In this document: in pieces, positions 18,496 to 30,157 of the stretch | How the letters are laid out: every line of letters starts with the position of its first letter | Position numbering within the stretch: the first letter of the stretch is position 1 | NCBI GenBank assembly: GCA_977862235.1 | Contig: OZ374563.1 | Location: 1,674,001-1,738,000, forward strand | DNA length: 64,000 nucleotides | Reading direction: 5' to 3' | From: Dudresnaya verticillata | Lineage: Eukaryota | Made by a program: the position numbers and the translations under genes | The notes under the pieces: model-generated | Seen by the model: the letters and a program-made list of their open reading frames with translations, nothing else | Databases searched by the model: none | What the model was told of the DNA's origin: nothing

Positions 18496-21400
18496 CTACC
18501 CAGCTCCATGCAGCCGCTGCATCTCCTCGACGCGCTGCACTAAATCTTCCACCCCGACGTTAACCATCGCGCTCACCTTGGTCATTTGCGCCATGTTCAG
18601 GTCCAAAAACCGTTCTATCAGGTCTCCATCCAAGTAATTCTTCGCCGGCGCCTTGCGAGGCGGCCGATCCGTCACCATCTCCCTATACTCTCCGTGCTGC
18701 AGCCCGCCCACTCCGGGAATAAGCGTCGCCATCGCGTTCTCCAGCCGCTGGAAGAAATCGTACATGTCCTGTCGCAAGTTCGCAATCACACCAAGCATCC
18801 CATCCGTAGTTCCAAATATCAGCGTCTTCACTGCAGGGCCTTCATTCTCTGGCATTTGCATCACTAGTGATCCGTGTTGAATACGGTTCACACGTGTCCC
18901 AAGGTGAAACTGACCCACCCGTTCAAGCCGTCCACGTTCCGCATCTGTCGGTGCATACGAGTTCCGTTGATACGTATAAAGATGTTTAGAGTGCTCTGCC
19001 ACAATGTACATGTCGTCATCGAGCATCTCCATGGCCATCACCCAAGTTACATCGTAATCGCGCGCCACCTGCTCCAGCCGATAGCAGTCACCAACCTTCT
19101 TGCATGTGAGTACGTTGATCGAACGCAAAATATCTCCAACCAGTATGAAATCTCCGCGCAATGCGATCCGGTAGCATAAGATATGTCCAAGATGTCGGTC
19201 CTCTTCTTTCAGCGACAAAACCCCACCTTTGCGCTCTGCGAGCGAGAGCAGTTGTACCTCATTCCCTACGCTCGCCAGTACCATTCCGTTGAAAGCACAA
19301 AGACTATACACGGCTCCTCGTACTTCGTGCTCAGCCACCAACATTGGTGTTCCCTCCATCACTCGATACACAAGTACTCGCCCATCGGTTGGATCTTCCT
19401 CAGTGGGCTTCTCAATTCCAGTACCTACCACCAAGAACTGTTCATCTTTGTTGACATTCTTGCCAATGAAAGTGGTTGCTAATATCGAAGACCCTGCTTC
19501 CATTGCCTTGAGCTTTGTCCTTGACAGCGTGTCGTACCGGGTATCATCAATAGTTCTCACAAACTGCTCTGCAACTTCGTCTCCGTTCTCGTCTATAAAA
19601 GTAGATTCCGTCAGCACAGCGAATACACGAGCCGTCTCCATATGGGCAATGCGTCTCGGGTGCTCGTTTAAGGGAACTGTAGAAATATGAAGCTTCTGGA
19701 TCTCATCCACTGCCCCCAGATGTAACCCGCTCTCGGTTGCTATAGCCAAACAGTCTGGGAATGCTTCTGTGTCAAAACCACAAACTCGAGTAACTTCCTG
19801 CAAATTCACATTCGATATCAACAACTTGCCACCTCCCGTCGCCGCATATACGACCGTCGGCCTGTCGCACGCGGCAAATACATGATCCGCTCCACGGCTC
19901 TTGAATACGTTCAGGTCAGCCGGTTGTGTTCCCACACTCAGCTTTCTCCTCTCCGAGACAACTGGTGCTTTGTTCATTGCATTTTGAACATCTGGGTCCT
20001 TTGATTGCGCCGCGACCAATGCCGCTTCAGCGTTGAGGGAATACGCCAGTAGATACCCATCTCCGAGGGCAACAAGAAGATAATGATGAGCTTCCATAGT
20101 ACACAGCAGCACGCAGCGCGCAATCACGTCGCCCCCGAGTTCGACTGTGTGAATCGTAGTTAAGGACGGCAATGCGACAAGTTTGACCACCGGCGATTCC
20201 TTCACCTCAGCCCAGAGTCCCACGGCAGCGACAAATGCTTTGCCGTCCTCAGGGAGCTGTTCGCTTGAGTCTGTCATTTCTGACGACATCTGCAAGGTGC
20301 TGCAGTTGACGCAAGCAATCTCATTATCCATTTTGCTGTGTGCCTTCTGCACAACTGTTCTCTTCTCCATGTCAGCTGCCAAGAAGAACAGATTTCCGCC
20401 TGTGGTTGCTAGAAGAAGCTGTGTCGAATTTCCTGATGCTAAGGAAATTCTTGCTCCTGGAGGTGGTGTCCACGCTAGGACTGGGTGTGCCGCCATAGTC
20501 GCGCAATCCGTAACCTGCACCCCTTTCGCTGTCACTTGGACCAATACATCCCCAGCCATATTTGCTGCATGCAATGTAGGGCTAGACTCATCAAATCCTG
20601 GTAGCTTGGCCGGTGCCATTTCCTCTGCCCCAATAAGTTCAAGCACTCTTGTCTCAGACGTGAAGCTTTGTAGTAAGTAGGAGTGATATCGATCACCGTA
20701 GCGACGGCGCAAGGAATACATATCCTTGATCCCGGGCAGATCTACGGAAGCTTGTTCCGAAATGCCAATACCATTGCGTATAACGCGCAATGATCCATCC
20801 TTCCCAACACCCGAGCAAGTAACCACCTGTCCCTGACCCTGGCGCAGATACCCCATTCCCTTCACAATACAAAAGTCCACGATTGGTCCCAGATGCGGGA
20901 AGGTCTGCTGAACCTCCAGATATGTCCCTGTTTCTGGGATGAGAGTCGTACTCAATCTGATCAGCTGTGAGTCACCCATGTCCGAACCGATATAAACATA
21001 GCCATTGTCGAGGTAGGCAATAGAGCTAGCACCGCTGGTTTCGCCCAAAGTCTCTACTTTGAGTTGAGTGACAACACCACTGCTGGAATCACCCTCTAGC
21101 AAAAGCATCATGAGCTGGCCCTTATGGTCACCAACAAGATACCGGGTGCCCTCTTGATCGATGCGGCCGACTGCGGTGATGATAGTCGCGTCAATAGGCT
21201 GCTGGACGTCCTTACCGTCCGGGGATAGATAATAGATAGAATCGTCGCCGAACACCAGGACGCCACCGTACGGTTCTGGGACGGCCAACATCTTAACACA
21301 CGAGGTGTCTAGATTGAGCCGGCGCCACTCACCCCAGGATATGTCCTGCTCATGCATGCTGATTTCGTAGGTACGCAACTCATGGGCCTGACGGCCGCGG

Positions 21401-21951
21401 GTGCAGAGCACGGCTATGGTCGGATTCGGACGACCGTGCAAGAAAACAATGTCATGAACCTGGTCCTCGAGCATGCGGACGTTAAAGGCCGTCCTGTCCG
21501 CGTCGCGAGCTGTTGGGATAACCTTGAGGAGCCGGGGATACTGATGCAGTGCGATGCACCTGGCGTTCGGATCAACGACGCCGATGCGCTCAGAGGTCAT
21601 ATGAGCGACAAAGTGGTCTTGGGTGTCGCCGGAGGAGACGACATGGCAGCGGTTCTCAGCCGTACTCCAGCGAAGGATGACAAGCTTGTACTTCTCCGTG
21701 AGCAGGACGAGGTGGTGCTGCGGGTCGTGCGGCATGCGCATGAGATGCATGACCGAGATGGTTCCATGGATGGGCAGCTCGACGGCACAGACGAGCCCCT
21801 CTGGGGCGATATTGTACACCTCGATGTGGTTGACCTTCGCAACGAGCAGGTTGTGTTGGTCGGGCCCGAGGAAGTTGCCAACGGCAGTGTGCGACACGCG
21901 AGAAGGCTTGCGCGCCGTCACGACGTAGTTGTACATCGCGGCGCGACTCAT
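18496..21951 (-). CDS. DDB1: DNA damage-binding protein 1 (DDB1, CUL4 adaptor)
   Basis: 1151 aa from MSRAAMYNYVVTARKPS; hallmark segments YLDNGYVYIGS..GDSQL, LGPIVDF, QGQGQVVTCSG.GKDGSLRVIRNGIGISEQAS, FAACDRPTVVY, DEIQKLHI, YLDGDLIERFLDL. Confidence 0.97.
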   Translation of the reverse strand: MSRAAMYNYVVTARKPSRVSHTAVGNFLGPDQHNLLVAKVNHIEVYNIAPEGLVCAVELPIHGTISVMHLMRMPHDPQHHLVLLTEKYKLVILRWSTAENRCHVVSSGDTQDHFVAHMTSERIGVVDPNARCIALHQYPRLLKVIPTARDADRTAFNVRMLEDQVHDIVFLHGRPNPTIAVLCTRGRQAHELRTYEISMHEQDISWGEWRRLNLDTSCVKMLAVPEPYGGVLVFGDDSIYYLSPDGKDVQQPIDATIITAVGRIDQEGTRYLVGDHKGQLMMLLLEGDSSSGVVTQLKVETLGETSGASSIAYLDNGYVYIGSDMGDSQLIRLSTTLIPETGTYLEVQQTFPHLGPIVDFCIVKGMGYLRQGQGQVVTCSGVGKDGSLRVIRNGIGISEQASVDLPGIKDMYSLRRRYGDRYHSYLLQSFTSETRVLELIGAEEMAPAKLPGFDESSPTLHAANMAGDVLVQVTAKGVQVTDCATMAAHPVLAWTPPPGARISLASGNSTQLLLATTGGNLFFLAADMEKRTVVQKAHSKMDNEIACVNCSTLQMSSEMTDSSEQLPEDGKAFVAAVGLWAEVKESPVVKLVALPSLTTIHTVELGGDVIARCVLLCTMEAHHYLLVALGDGYLLAYSLNAEAALVAAQSKDPDVQNAMNKAPVVSERRKLSVGTQPADLNVFKSRGADHVFAACDRPTVVYAATGGGKLLISNVNLQEVTRVCGFDTEAFPDCLAIATESGLHLGAVDEIQKLHISTVPLNEHPRRIAHMETARVFAVLTESTFIDENGDEVAEQFVRTIDDTRYDTLSRTKLKAMEAGSSILATTFIGKNVNKDEQFLVVGTGIEKPTEEDPTDGRVLVYRVMEGTPMLVAEHEVRGAVYSLCAFNGMVLASVGNEVQLLSLAERKGGVLSLKEEDRHLGHILCYRIALRGDFILVGDILRSINVLTCKKVGDCYRLEQVARDYDVTWVMAMEMLDDDMYIVAEHSKHLYTYQRNSYAPTDAERGRLERVGQFHLGTRVNRIQHGSLVMQMPENEGPAVKTLIFGTTDGMLGVIANLRQDMYDFFQRLENAMATLIPGVGGLQHGEYREMVTDRPPRKAPAKNYLDGDLIERFLDLNMAQMTKVSAMVNVGVEDLVQRVEEMQRLHGAG

Positions 21952-22493
21952 ATCAGCTGGCAATAGCGGCGAGGGACCTGCACAGGTGGACCGGGGCGAG
22001 TGAAGAGCTTCGTTTCCTCTGCTACGAAGCGACGAAGGGATAACAAAGAAAATACCGAGTACCTTCGGGTAGCGTGGCGTAGTGCAATTGGTGCGGTGAA
22101 GTACCACAGCGGGGCCCTCTTGGTTCGCGCAGCGGAGGAAACGGCGAAATCGCGGGAAAACTCGAGACGGAGAACACTCTCCAGCGGATCAATACCGCAG
22201 AATACCGCAGCATTACAGTATCTGCTATAGAGCTTCTCCTTACTGTTGCTAAAAACGTGTGCAGCTGGACATCTGGACACGTGTTTGAAGCGGCAGAGAA
22301 AAAATGGCGACTTGTTTGCTTTTGTGAGTCCTGTGGAGCTGTTGTGCGAGGAAAAGTCTGAGTAGCTTTAAAGCCATGGTCTCAACATCTCTTGGAGTCG
22401 AACGCTCTCAAGAAGAGAAATACTCGACAGGAAAGTTTTGAGGTATTGCTTTCAAATTTGTTCAATCCGTTGTTCAAAATCTACTTGCTCCAT

Positions 22494-23105
22494 CTACATC
22501 ATTGCACAACCCTCAATAGCTTCAACAACAAAAAGCCACCTCGGCATCCTGCGTGTCCATACGTCTTCGACAATTCCCTCCCGCACACTTTCAAACTTCC
22601 TCCCAGCAATATCGCTCAAAACCAACTTCCTACAAACCTTCAGTCCCTGGAGCCCGCGACAAATCCTCCTAGCAGCTCTCCAAACCTCCCAAACCTCACA
22701 CTTGGGGCAAACCTGAACCACAATATCCTTTCCAAGCAGCACGTCACGGTTCTCATGTCCTCGCATGCGAACATTAACAAGCACGTTCAAAACTTCCCTC
22801 TTGCGACGGCGCTCGCCACCACGCCTGCGCCCGCCCTCCCCTCGCACCTTCTCCCTGCTGCGACCACGCTCGCGTCTCAAACTTCCGTCGCGAGCCTTCC
22901 CCCTCCCGCGTTCAAAACTCACAGCATCCCTGCCCCTGCCCCTGCTCCGGCTTCGGCTCTGCTCCCGGCGAATTCTACGCTCCCATTCGGCACGCCTGCC
23001 CCGCTCCCCGCGCGCCTCCCGCTCTGATGCGGAGACTGGGATTTGAATAATGTCATCGGGTGTGGGGTCTCGGAAGCGCACTTTCTTCATGAGGCTGGCC
23101 TCCAT
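22494..23105 (-). CDS. Hypothetical Arg-rich protein (203 aa)
   Basis: ATG-started ORF in CCATGG context; KKVRF (RVxF-like) motif, an RE/RS-rich middle and a globular-looking C-terminus. No family recognised. Confidence 0.5.
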   Translation of the reverse strand: MEASLMKKVRFRDPTPDDIIQIPVSASEREARGERGRRAEWERRIRREQSRSRSRGRGRDAVSFERGRGKARDGSLRRERGRSREKVRGEGGRRRGGERRRKREVLNVLVNVRMRGHENRDVLLGKDIVVQVCPKCEVWEVWRAARRICRGLQGLKVCRKLVLSDIAGRKFESVREGIVEDVWTRRMPRWLFVVEAIEGCAMM

Positions 23106-26100
23106 GGTTTCGTGTGAAGATGTTCAAAGTTGGTGCTAATGTTCGCCGGGCGGGATGCGTCCTTTTATGCTATCCTCGTTTCCTTGCCTGCCGAACCTTG
23201 CAACCAGCGCGTCTCGTCAGGTGAACAACAAGAGCTGACCCGAGCGGTGCCAACACGTCATCCCGCTATTGCGTGTGGGGGTTGCATGGCATGCTGGCTC
23301 ACGGAATCCGCTTTCGTCCCGCCCGTTGGAGCTTTTCGGCAGCATGTTTTTGATTTCGTTCATGCCGCGCGCTGCGCACGGCGCGTTTATCGTTTCTTTC
23401 GCACATGTTCGTGAGTTTTGCGCTAACCGCTAGCCCAACGGACATGCGCCAAGATGCGCGATTGGTGTTTGCCTTGTACGGGGCTGAAAAGCCATGGCCT
23501 AGGTTCGAAAGATCCGGAAAACGGCAACCTTCTGCTTCTAGATAAGGGTACGATGGACCACCTGTCCTGCTAAAAGTTTATTTATATCAATGAAGTTGTC
23601 GTTTTCGGTATTGTTCATGTAACACTAGCCAAAGGTCACAGTCAACTTTTTCAACACAACTCAGATGAAGCTCTCCATTGTGTCTGAAGCGCATGTCAGC
23701 TGACGTCGCAGCGTTGGGTTTTGTCTTGCACGGAGCATCTAAAACAGTACAATCACACGTCCATTCTTGCTCATGTGGCTGGGTCAAATTCTGTGTTTCC
23801 CCATTGAAGAGTACGTCCTATTCGCTGCAGAACCAGAACTGATCAATGAAGTTGTTTGGGGTCTGCGTCAAGATGTCATCCGTTCTCAACTGACTGAGAG
23901 CGTACGAAGTATTGAATGCTTTCCTAAGGGCAAAATGTCAGAGGGCAGTATTCTGCCTTGGGTTTGAGCCAAAGCTCGGTGCCCCTGCGTGCGTTTGGGC
24001 TCTTTTTAGCCAGCCTTGCCAACAGCTAAAAATCGCTTCAGCAAGTATGTCATTACTGGACGTCCAAAGCTACGTCTCCATTCTCTATCAAAAGCTCAAA
24101 GCAGTGGGAACATATTATGTAACACTCAGCCGTTTTACGGAAGTATGTTACTTGTCTTTTTCTTAGGATCAGTGCAATCAGAACCTCCTCAACTCCCCAT
24201 TAATAAATACCTCTCTCTCCCTCTCCATGAAGTGCACGTATGAGTCATTGCACATTTCCAAATCCCCTGAAAACTCTTCGGTTGTGATGATAGAGCTCAT
24301 TCCTTCGGTAATAAAAGAGTCACTCACAGACCTACGGTTGTTTCTCTGAAGATATTTTGATGTTCCCCACATTCTTCGGGCTGTTTGTGTAATCCAGATC
24401 AATGCGTTCAGCTCCAGGCGCCTCAGATGTTCTGGCTCATCGTCAAAGTAGTAGTAATGCATACCCGAACCACATGGTAAAGCACTGAAACCCCTTCTCG
24501 TAAGCACCTGACAGGGAACTTTATGTGAGTACAAAGGGACAATGATTCCCTTGTTTGTCTCTGCCAGCTTTGAGGGGAAAGAGGAAGTACAACTCCTCTG
24601 CATTGGTTCAGATAGTAGCTTCGAGGTTGAATAACAATGTGGCGAGTACTGTGGAGCGGATACAGGCTAGTTTGCCATGAAGATAGAGTGATTGCTTCTA
24701 TACCGGGACTGAAAGAGGAGCAGGTTCCAGTTGAGGGCCCCTATTGCGGCACATCGGTTTTCAAATTACTGAGAACAACGTTTCTTCAAAGGGCACAACT
24801 TTAAAAATACTAGAAGCTATAGCTGTTCTGCAAATATCTGTTCCCAATTCAACATGACACGAAATCGTCAACAAGAAGGCATCAAGCACCTCGTATATTT
24901 TCTGTTTTGGCACCGGACCTGCGTAGAGAGGAGAAGAATAGAACCAAGGTGACTCTCGCGAGTCTTCGTCTACCAAGTTGCGGAAAGGCATGATCTAGTT
25001 TCTGATTTAAAGTTTGCTTGATGTTTGCTGCGAATTCTGCAGTACTGAGTGAACAGACCGTTTCCCTACTAATTATTGCAAATTCATGAACAAAGTCATG
25101 TGAAGGGCTCCAGACTTCGCTAATGGAAGTTTGTGAGCGGGAAATCTTGGAATACCGGCTAAGCTGCTTTACCAAACCTTCTCGTCGCAGGAATCCCCGT
25201 CTTTTGTGCGGCTGAGCTTTACCGAGCGTCATCACAGCATGTACTATCCAACGCACTTAAGAGAGGATGAGCTCCCCCTTCCCCAGAACGACATCCGAAC
25301 TCAGAACCAGCTCGTGTCCTGTTCTGCATTGTGAGGATACTCTCATCATGGCCAGGGGTACCTTCAAAACCGATGCCTTTCCCGCCACAGGTAGCCACTT
25401 TCCATCCTGCTGGCATTAGACCCTCTGTGCCATCTGCACGTCAGCCGCATAACAGGGAACAGGGAGCTTGGCGCACGGAGCTCTGCTGCATTCGACCCAT
25501 TCTGGGTTGCAGTCGTGCAAACCAAATCGTACCTCCAAAACGCCGACCCAGGCGATGGTTTGTCTCGGCCAGGACTGACACACTTCTTCAGGGCTTCGCG
25601 GAACTGTGTTGCCAGGGTAAGCGAAAGTGCTCAAAAGGCGTCTTCGGCTTGCTTACGAATGTTTGCGTTTCAACCAGGTGAATGATACTGCTACTAGACC
25701 ATTCGCTGCGGTACTGTTGGGTCAACGGTATACGTTCCTGCGCGACAGTTTTCCAGCCATCGTCGTTTTCTATGGCTGGAACCTCTGCCATGCCCAGACT
25801 CAATCTGTGCCCGTGATTGTTCAACGTTATGCCCGACATCTCCTTAGACAACCTGGCAATTACATACCTTCTCCATTCGATACTCACCCGACCGATGAGA
25901 CCAAGTCTCTGACACTCAGCCTGGACTGCTGCCTACTTTGCAGTTGGGCCCTCGCGCTCAATCACTGAAAGCTCAGTGCGCCAACCTCTGAGGATCCTAG
26001 TCCGCTAGTTCCTCAGGCACTCTGTAAACCTTCAGAAAAGTTTCCTGTCTCCTTCCGCAAGAGCCGAGTATCTGAATCCGACCTGGCCCATCCTGTAGCT

Positions 26101-27092
26101 GTTGTTGTGTATTTCATGGAATCGAGGCTGCGATAGGTGACGACAAGTAATGTATTGACTGCGGTCGAAGTCGAGCTGTAGAGTTGCAGATAAGAAGCGC
26201 AGGATGAGTTTTCATGAAAAGCGCCCTTACATCATACTTGTTCCGACGCGGGACTGCACCGAACAAAGTAGGTCGTTCCAGAAGACGTTGAAATGAAGCT
26301 ATACTGCAACACAAACTGTATTCAGAAGTTGTCCAGCTCGATCAAGGTTCTGCTGTTGATAGCTGTACTGTGACCACTGAGACCCTCCGTCGCAACGAAG
26401 ATTCTCCTTCTGCATGGTCCGTTTTGCCCACCAACACGAAGGGTGCTCAAGATTGCCACCATGCACATACGGTGACAGGTAAGATACGCCTGTACCCAGT
26501 GTCATTAGGCTTCCTGTTGTCGAACACGTTGTCCCATCGGTGGGGGGAGGGCGCCCGGGGCAAGGCGTGGCTCAGGAGGAACAACATTTTCTGAGCAGCA
26601 ATTCCATCCAGTGGCTGTCTTTTGAAGTTGCAAATTTTGCCCTTCTGGCGGCATTTCGAGGGGGGGGGGATGGTGATCGGAAAACGCCAACGAGGGTATT
26701 TCGGACGTTGAAGGAAAGGGCGTCCTTCACCTGTTTTGAAGGCCTATGGTACGCGTAGACCTTAAAGACGAGTACTTCTAAGTACAAGCAATGCCGCTGA
26801 ATGACCTTCGCCTGCTGGCCTTCCCTACGTGTATGAATCAAGCCCAATTTGCTGACAATTCCTGAGCGATGCTAAGTCGAGTTATCGGTTACAAACAGGT
26901 GAACGGAAATTCGATCGGCATTCCGGTGCAGGCCGGATGTACTTGCAAACTTGTTCTAGGAAAGGTTTCACGTGCCTAGCCTCGCGGGATCCAACGCAGC
27001 TTCCGTGACATGTGAGAACAGGACGACGCCGCTCAGTGTTGGCGATAGATAGACAAACGGAGTACCTTGTTAAGGTTCAAGTCACGTCCACC

Positions 27093-27942
27093 ATGGCGAC
27101 GGACTACTTCGAAAGGGCGGTGGTAGCCGTATTTCTCATCGTCATCATCATCATGAAAGCCGTGTCCGCGCTAGCGCATGCTATTCAAAACTCTCTGGGC
27201 CGCTGTGGCTCACTATTCTACCAAGTCGCATTCTTCATCAACTTTGGGCATGAACATTTTTGCCGGAATTGCCTTCCCCGCCTCCCTACTGTGGGCGGCC
27301 TATGAGTTACTGTCTGGCATCCGAGACCTAGACGCGTGGCTTGCTGCAGTTGTGGACAGGTTATGGTACAGCCTGGAGCGGGTCCAGCACGCCGTACAAA
27401 ACCTGTATAGCGTGCAGAAAAGAAGGATAATACTTATTGCCTCTCTTGGGGAATATCAACGCTCTGCTGAGCAAACCGATGTTGATGGGGATATGCTTGC
27501 AGCTCCGTTGCCAGTCAAACGGAAGCAGCGCACGGCACCTTGGTGGACTATCGAGGAGAGAAAGGCAAAGAGGTACTGGGACGGCGTGGTGAAGGAGCAG
27601 GGACGGCTCATTCGGTAAATGGATGGCCAGTTGCGAGTTCTTGCAAGGCAAGGCGTTGCAATGGCGCTCTCGGGGGATTATGACGAGTCTAGCTTGCGGT
27701 GCTGGGGTGGCGGCATGTTGGCCGACCAGGCACGGTTTCACAACAGCCCTCTTGAAGCTGTTGCGAAGTGCTCTGACTGGGCAGTTATGTTTGGGGGTAT
27801 AGAGGGAAAGCAGCTCAAGCAAAGCTTTGATGAGCATGCGAAGGACTGGACAAATGATGAGATGGAGAGGTTTGGAACTGTTGCGAAGGGCATCCGTGGT
27901 GATGGTCTCCAGTACGTGCGGCAAAATGGATGGCTAAAGTAG
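27093..27942 (+). pseudogene. Probable disrupted membrane-protein gene (frameshift near 27170-27240, in-frame TAA at 27616-27618)
   Basis: ATG at 27093 begins a hydrophobic segment. Coding-like sequence continues in the +1 frame to TAA 27618 and is followed directly, in frame, by a 107-aa ORF. Confidence 0.45.
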
Positions 27943-28294
27943 AGACCTCGGAACGGTGATGCTTTCTTTTATACTGTGTGACATTGCAAGCATTACGTGT
28001 TGTACAAGGCCATTCTAGAGCGCGTACGATGGCCGTGCATTAGAACTCGCGAAAAATGGGGCGAGGCATCCCGTGGCGGAATTCGGCCCACTGCGGCTGC
28101 AGAGCAACTGTGAAGGGTGGCTGGCGGGGGGCATCCGTGCACGATATGTAGTTGTTGCACCATGCCATTCTGACATGCCTCATCTCCAGGAGTTACTTGC
28201 GTGTAATGTATAACTTAAAACTTTGTTTGATCCAATAAATAGCGACGCTATGATACAAAAAAAACAAATGCACAATCGGAGCAACATTGAGTTG

Positions 28295-29110
28295 TCAGTC
28301 CTCCCCGCTTTGGAGGACATCATCGAGGGCCTCATCCGAGAAGCTATCCTGCTGCGAGCCCCCCTCGGTTGGAGATGGAGGGTTGGAGAGAGGCTCGGGC
28401 GGAACAATCGGACCAATGTACTTCGAGAGCCTCGGCGAGAAGACCTCATGCACGGTAAGAAACGGGACTGCGTTCTGCCTGAACACATAGTCTCGCGCCC
28501 ACATTCCCGCACCCTGCTGGACATCAAAAAATTGGGCTAGCGGAGAGCATGTCCCGAAATGCACGGCAAGAATCTCTCTCGAGCACTCCAAGCGGTGGTC
28601 AGCAAAAACCTCCCACAGGGCGCGGTGCTCGCAGCCTGTCATGATGCGGGCGTAGGCGTCGGCGTCCCAGACCGAGCTGACGTGCAGCAGCGGGCGTCCC
28701 TCGGGCCCGCGCAGGGCGATGCGGCGGTGGACGGTGAGCGGGGTGTGGGTGGTATGCAGGAGCGAGAGGGTTGTCTGGTGCCTGGTCAGCGTGGCGAGAT
28801 GGTGCTCGACGTGGCCGTCCGACAGCAGGACGAAACGCCAGAGCGGGACCGGTGTCACCGAGCGAGCCAGATCCTCTGTGAATTGCGGGTGGGGGAGCGT
28901 GTACAAGGGGTTTATGTGCGGGGCCTGCGGCACGGGCGGAAGGATGCGTTCCGCGGGGGAGGGCGGATGGTGCAGCCGGTGTTTCTTGGGGGTGGTGCCA
29001 GTGGATCGCGGGGTGTGCCGGCCATTTGGGCGGTTACCTGGTGCGTGCGATGGCCTATGCGTTGCGTGCGGTAGCGTCAACGCGAAAGCGACGGGGTCAG
29101 GTGGTGGCAT
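28295..29110 (-). CDS. Ycf21/DUF98 chorismate pyruvate-lyase-like protein with putative plastid transit peptide
   Basis: 271 aa; LWRFVLLSDGH...HL, RRIAL...GRPLLHVSSVW, SREILAVHFG, MWARDYVFRQNAVPFLTVHEVFSP match the Ycf21 pattern (W..LLL.DGS.TRHL ... W.R.Y.F.....PLT.I.EVFSP). The N-terminal extension is Pro/Arg/His-rich with an early AF motif. Confidence 0.75.
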   Translation of the reverse strand: MPPPDPVAFALTLPHATHRPSHAPGNRPNGRHTPRSTGTTPKKHRLHHPPSPAERILPPVPQAPHINPLYTLPHPQFTEDLARSVTPVPLWRFVLLSDGHVEHHLATLTRHQTTLSLLHTTHTPLTVHRRIALRGPEGRPLLHVSSVWDADAYARIMTGCEHRALWEVFADHRLECSREILAVHFGTCSPLAQFFDVQQGAGMWARDYVFRQNAVPFLTVHEVFSPRLSKYIGPIVPPEPLSNPPSPTEGGSQQDSFSDEALDDVLQSGED

Positions 29111-29757
29111 TGTGAGAAGCGGGTGGTGGCATTGTGAGAAGCGGGAGCGGCGGATGCAATGGGGCGGGTTGTGGGGGGGGGGCGGGGGCCAGTTCCAGTG
29201 CCCGAAATTTACATAAATACGCCCACCGCCAGCGTGGTACAGAGTAAATACGGCTTCCCAGCCAAATAGAACTTCGCGTATTTATGGGTATTTCGTCTAT
29301 TGTATCGCAGTTTTCTCGTAAATCGGAAGGCACCAATCGCCTCCCCGTAAAAAAGAGCTGTACGGGTGTTGCTGCTGCCCTTATTGCTGGCCGAGAAGCC
29401 GTATTTACAACCAAGCTGAGCACGCAGTGGGAAGGCAATGCTTGGCATTTTCTTGGCAGCGCAGCTTCTCTTGGACATTGCGATTCGCGCCAGCCAGCAG
29501 TTTCGATTTCCAAGAGACACGTGGCGCGGCCGTATTGGCCTGCATGACACAGCAGGGCCATATCGATTTGGGTAGAGAGTCAACCAACAGGCAACTGGTT
29601 GCTTGAAGCTGGCTACCCACTCTTGCGGTGTCCCTTGCAGCTCAAGCCTCGAGTTCGATCCACGCTTCCGTCTCCCGACGTTGGAGCAGCGCTCGCACGT
29701 TCCAACGCTCGCAGCTAGACCGAACCGGAAACAGAGCGCTTCAGCAGAGCACAAGCC

Positions 29758-29910
29758 ATGTTTGGAAACACATTATCGCTAGCCGTAGGCATTGGGCTGG
29801 GCATCTACATCGCCCAAAACTACAACATCCCAGACATCAAGAAGCTACTCGACCGTGGTTATAAGATGGCTACCAATTTGGAGAAGACGGCACGGAAGGA
29901 GGATTCGTGA
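29758..29910 (+). CDS. STMP1: Short transmembrane mitochondrial protein 1-like microprotein (DUF4535 family), 50 aa
   Basis: Translated by hand: MFGNTLSLAVGIGLGIYIAQNYNIPDIKKLLDRGYKMATNLEKTARKEDS*. It contains the family signature G.Y.AQNY..P. It falls below the ORF-track cut-off. Confidence 0.85.
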   Translation: MFGNTLSLAVGIGLGIYIAQNYNIPDIKKLLDRGYKMATNLEKTARKEDS

Positions 29911-30157
29911 CAGAGGGAAACCTTTATCCTACTGTTTCAACTCTTCTGCCCTGTGCTGCTGTGGAACAAGTCGCAAGGCTTGGCTCTGGCGACAAGAGGG
30001 GCATCGGCTCTTGTGATGTACAGTTTGCGTCTTTTTCCATGCTCGCTGGCATGCCACTCGCGTCCGTACTTCAAGACAGGCCCACTCCGGGCCCCGGCCC
30101 TACTCGAGCGCTGAGTTTGCAACCATCCCATGTCCTGGCGCGCGGGCCTTCTCACGA

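Noticed and set aside
21952..22107. N-terminal extension of the DDB1 ORF in the track
   Set aside because: Starts at a non-ATG codon; homology begins at MSRAAMYNY (21951).
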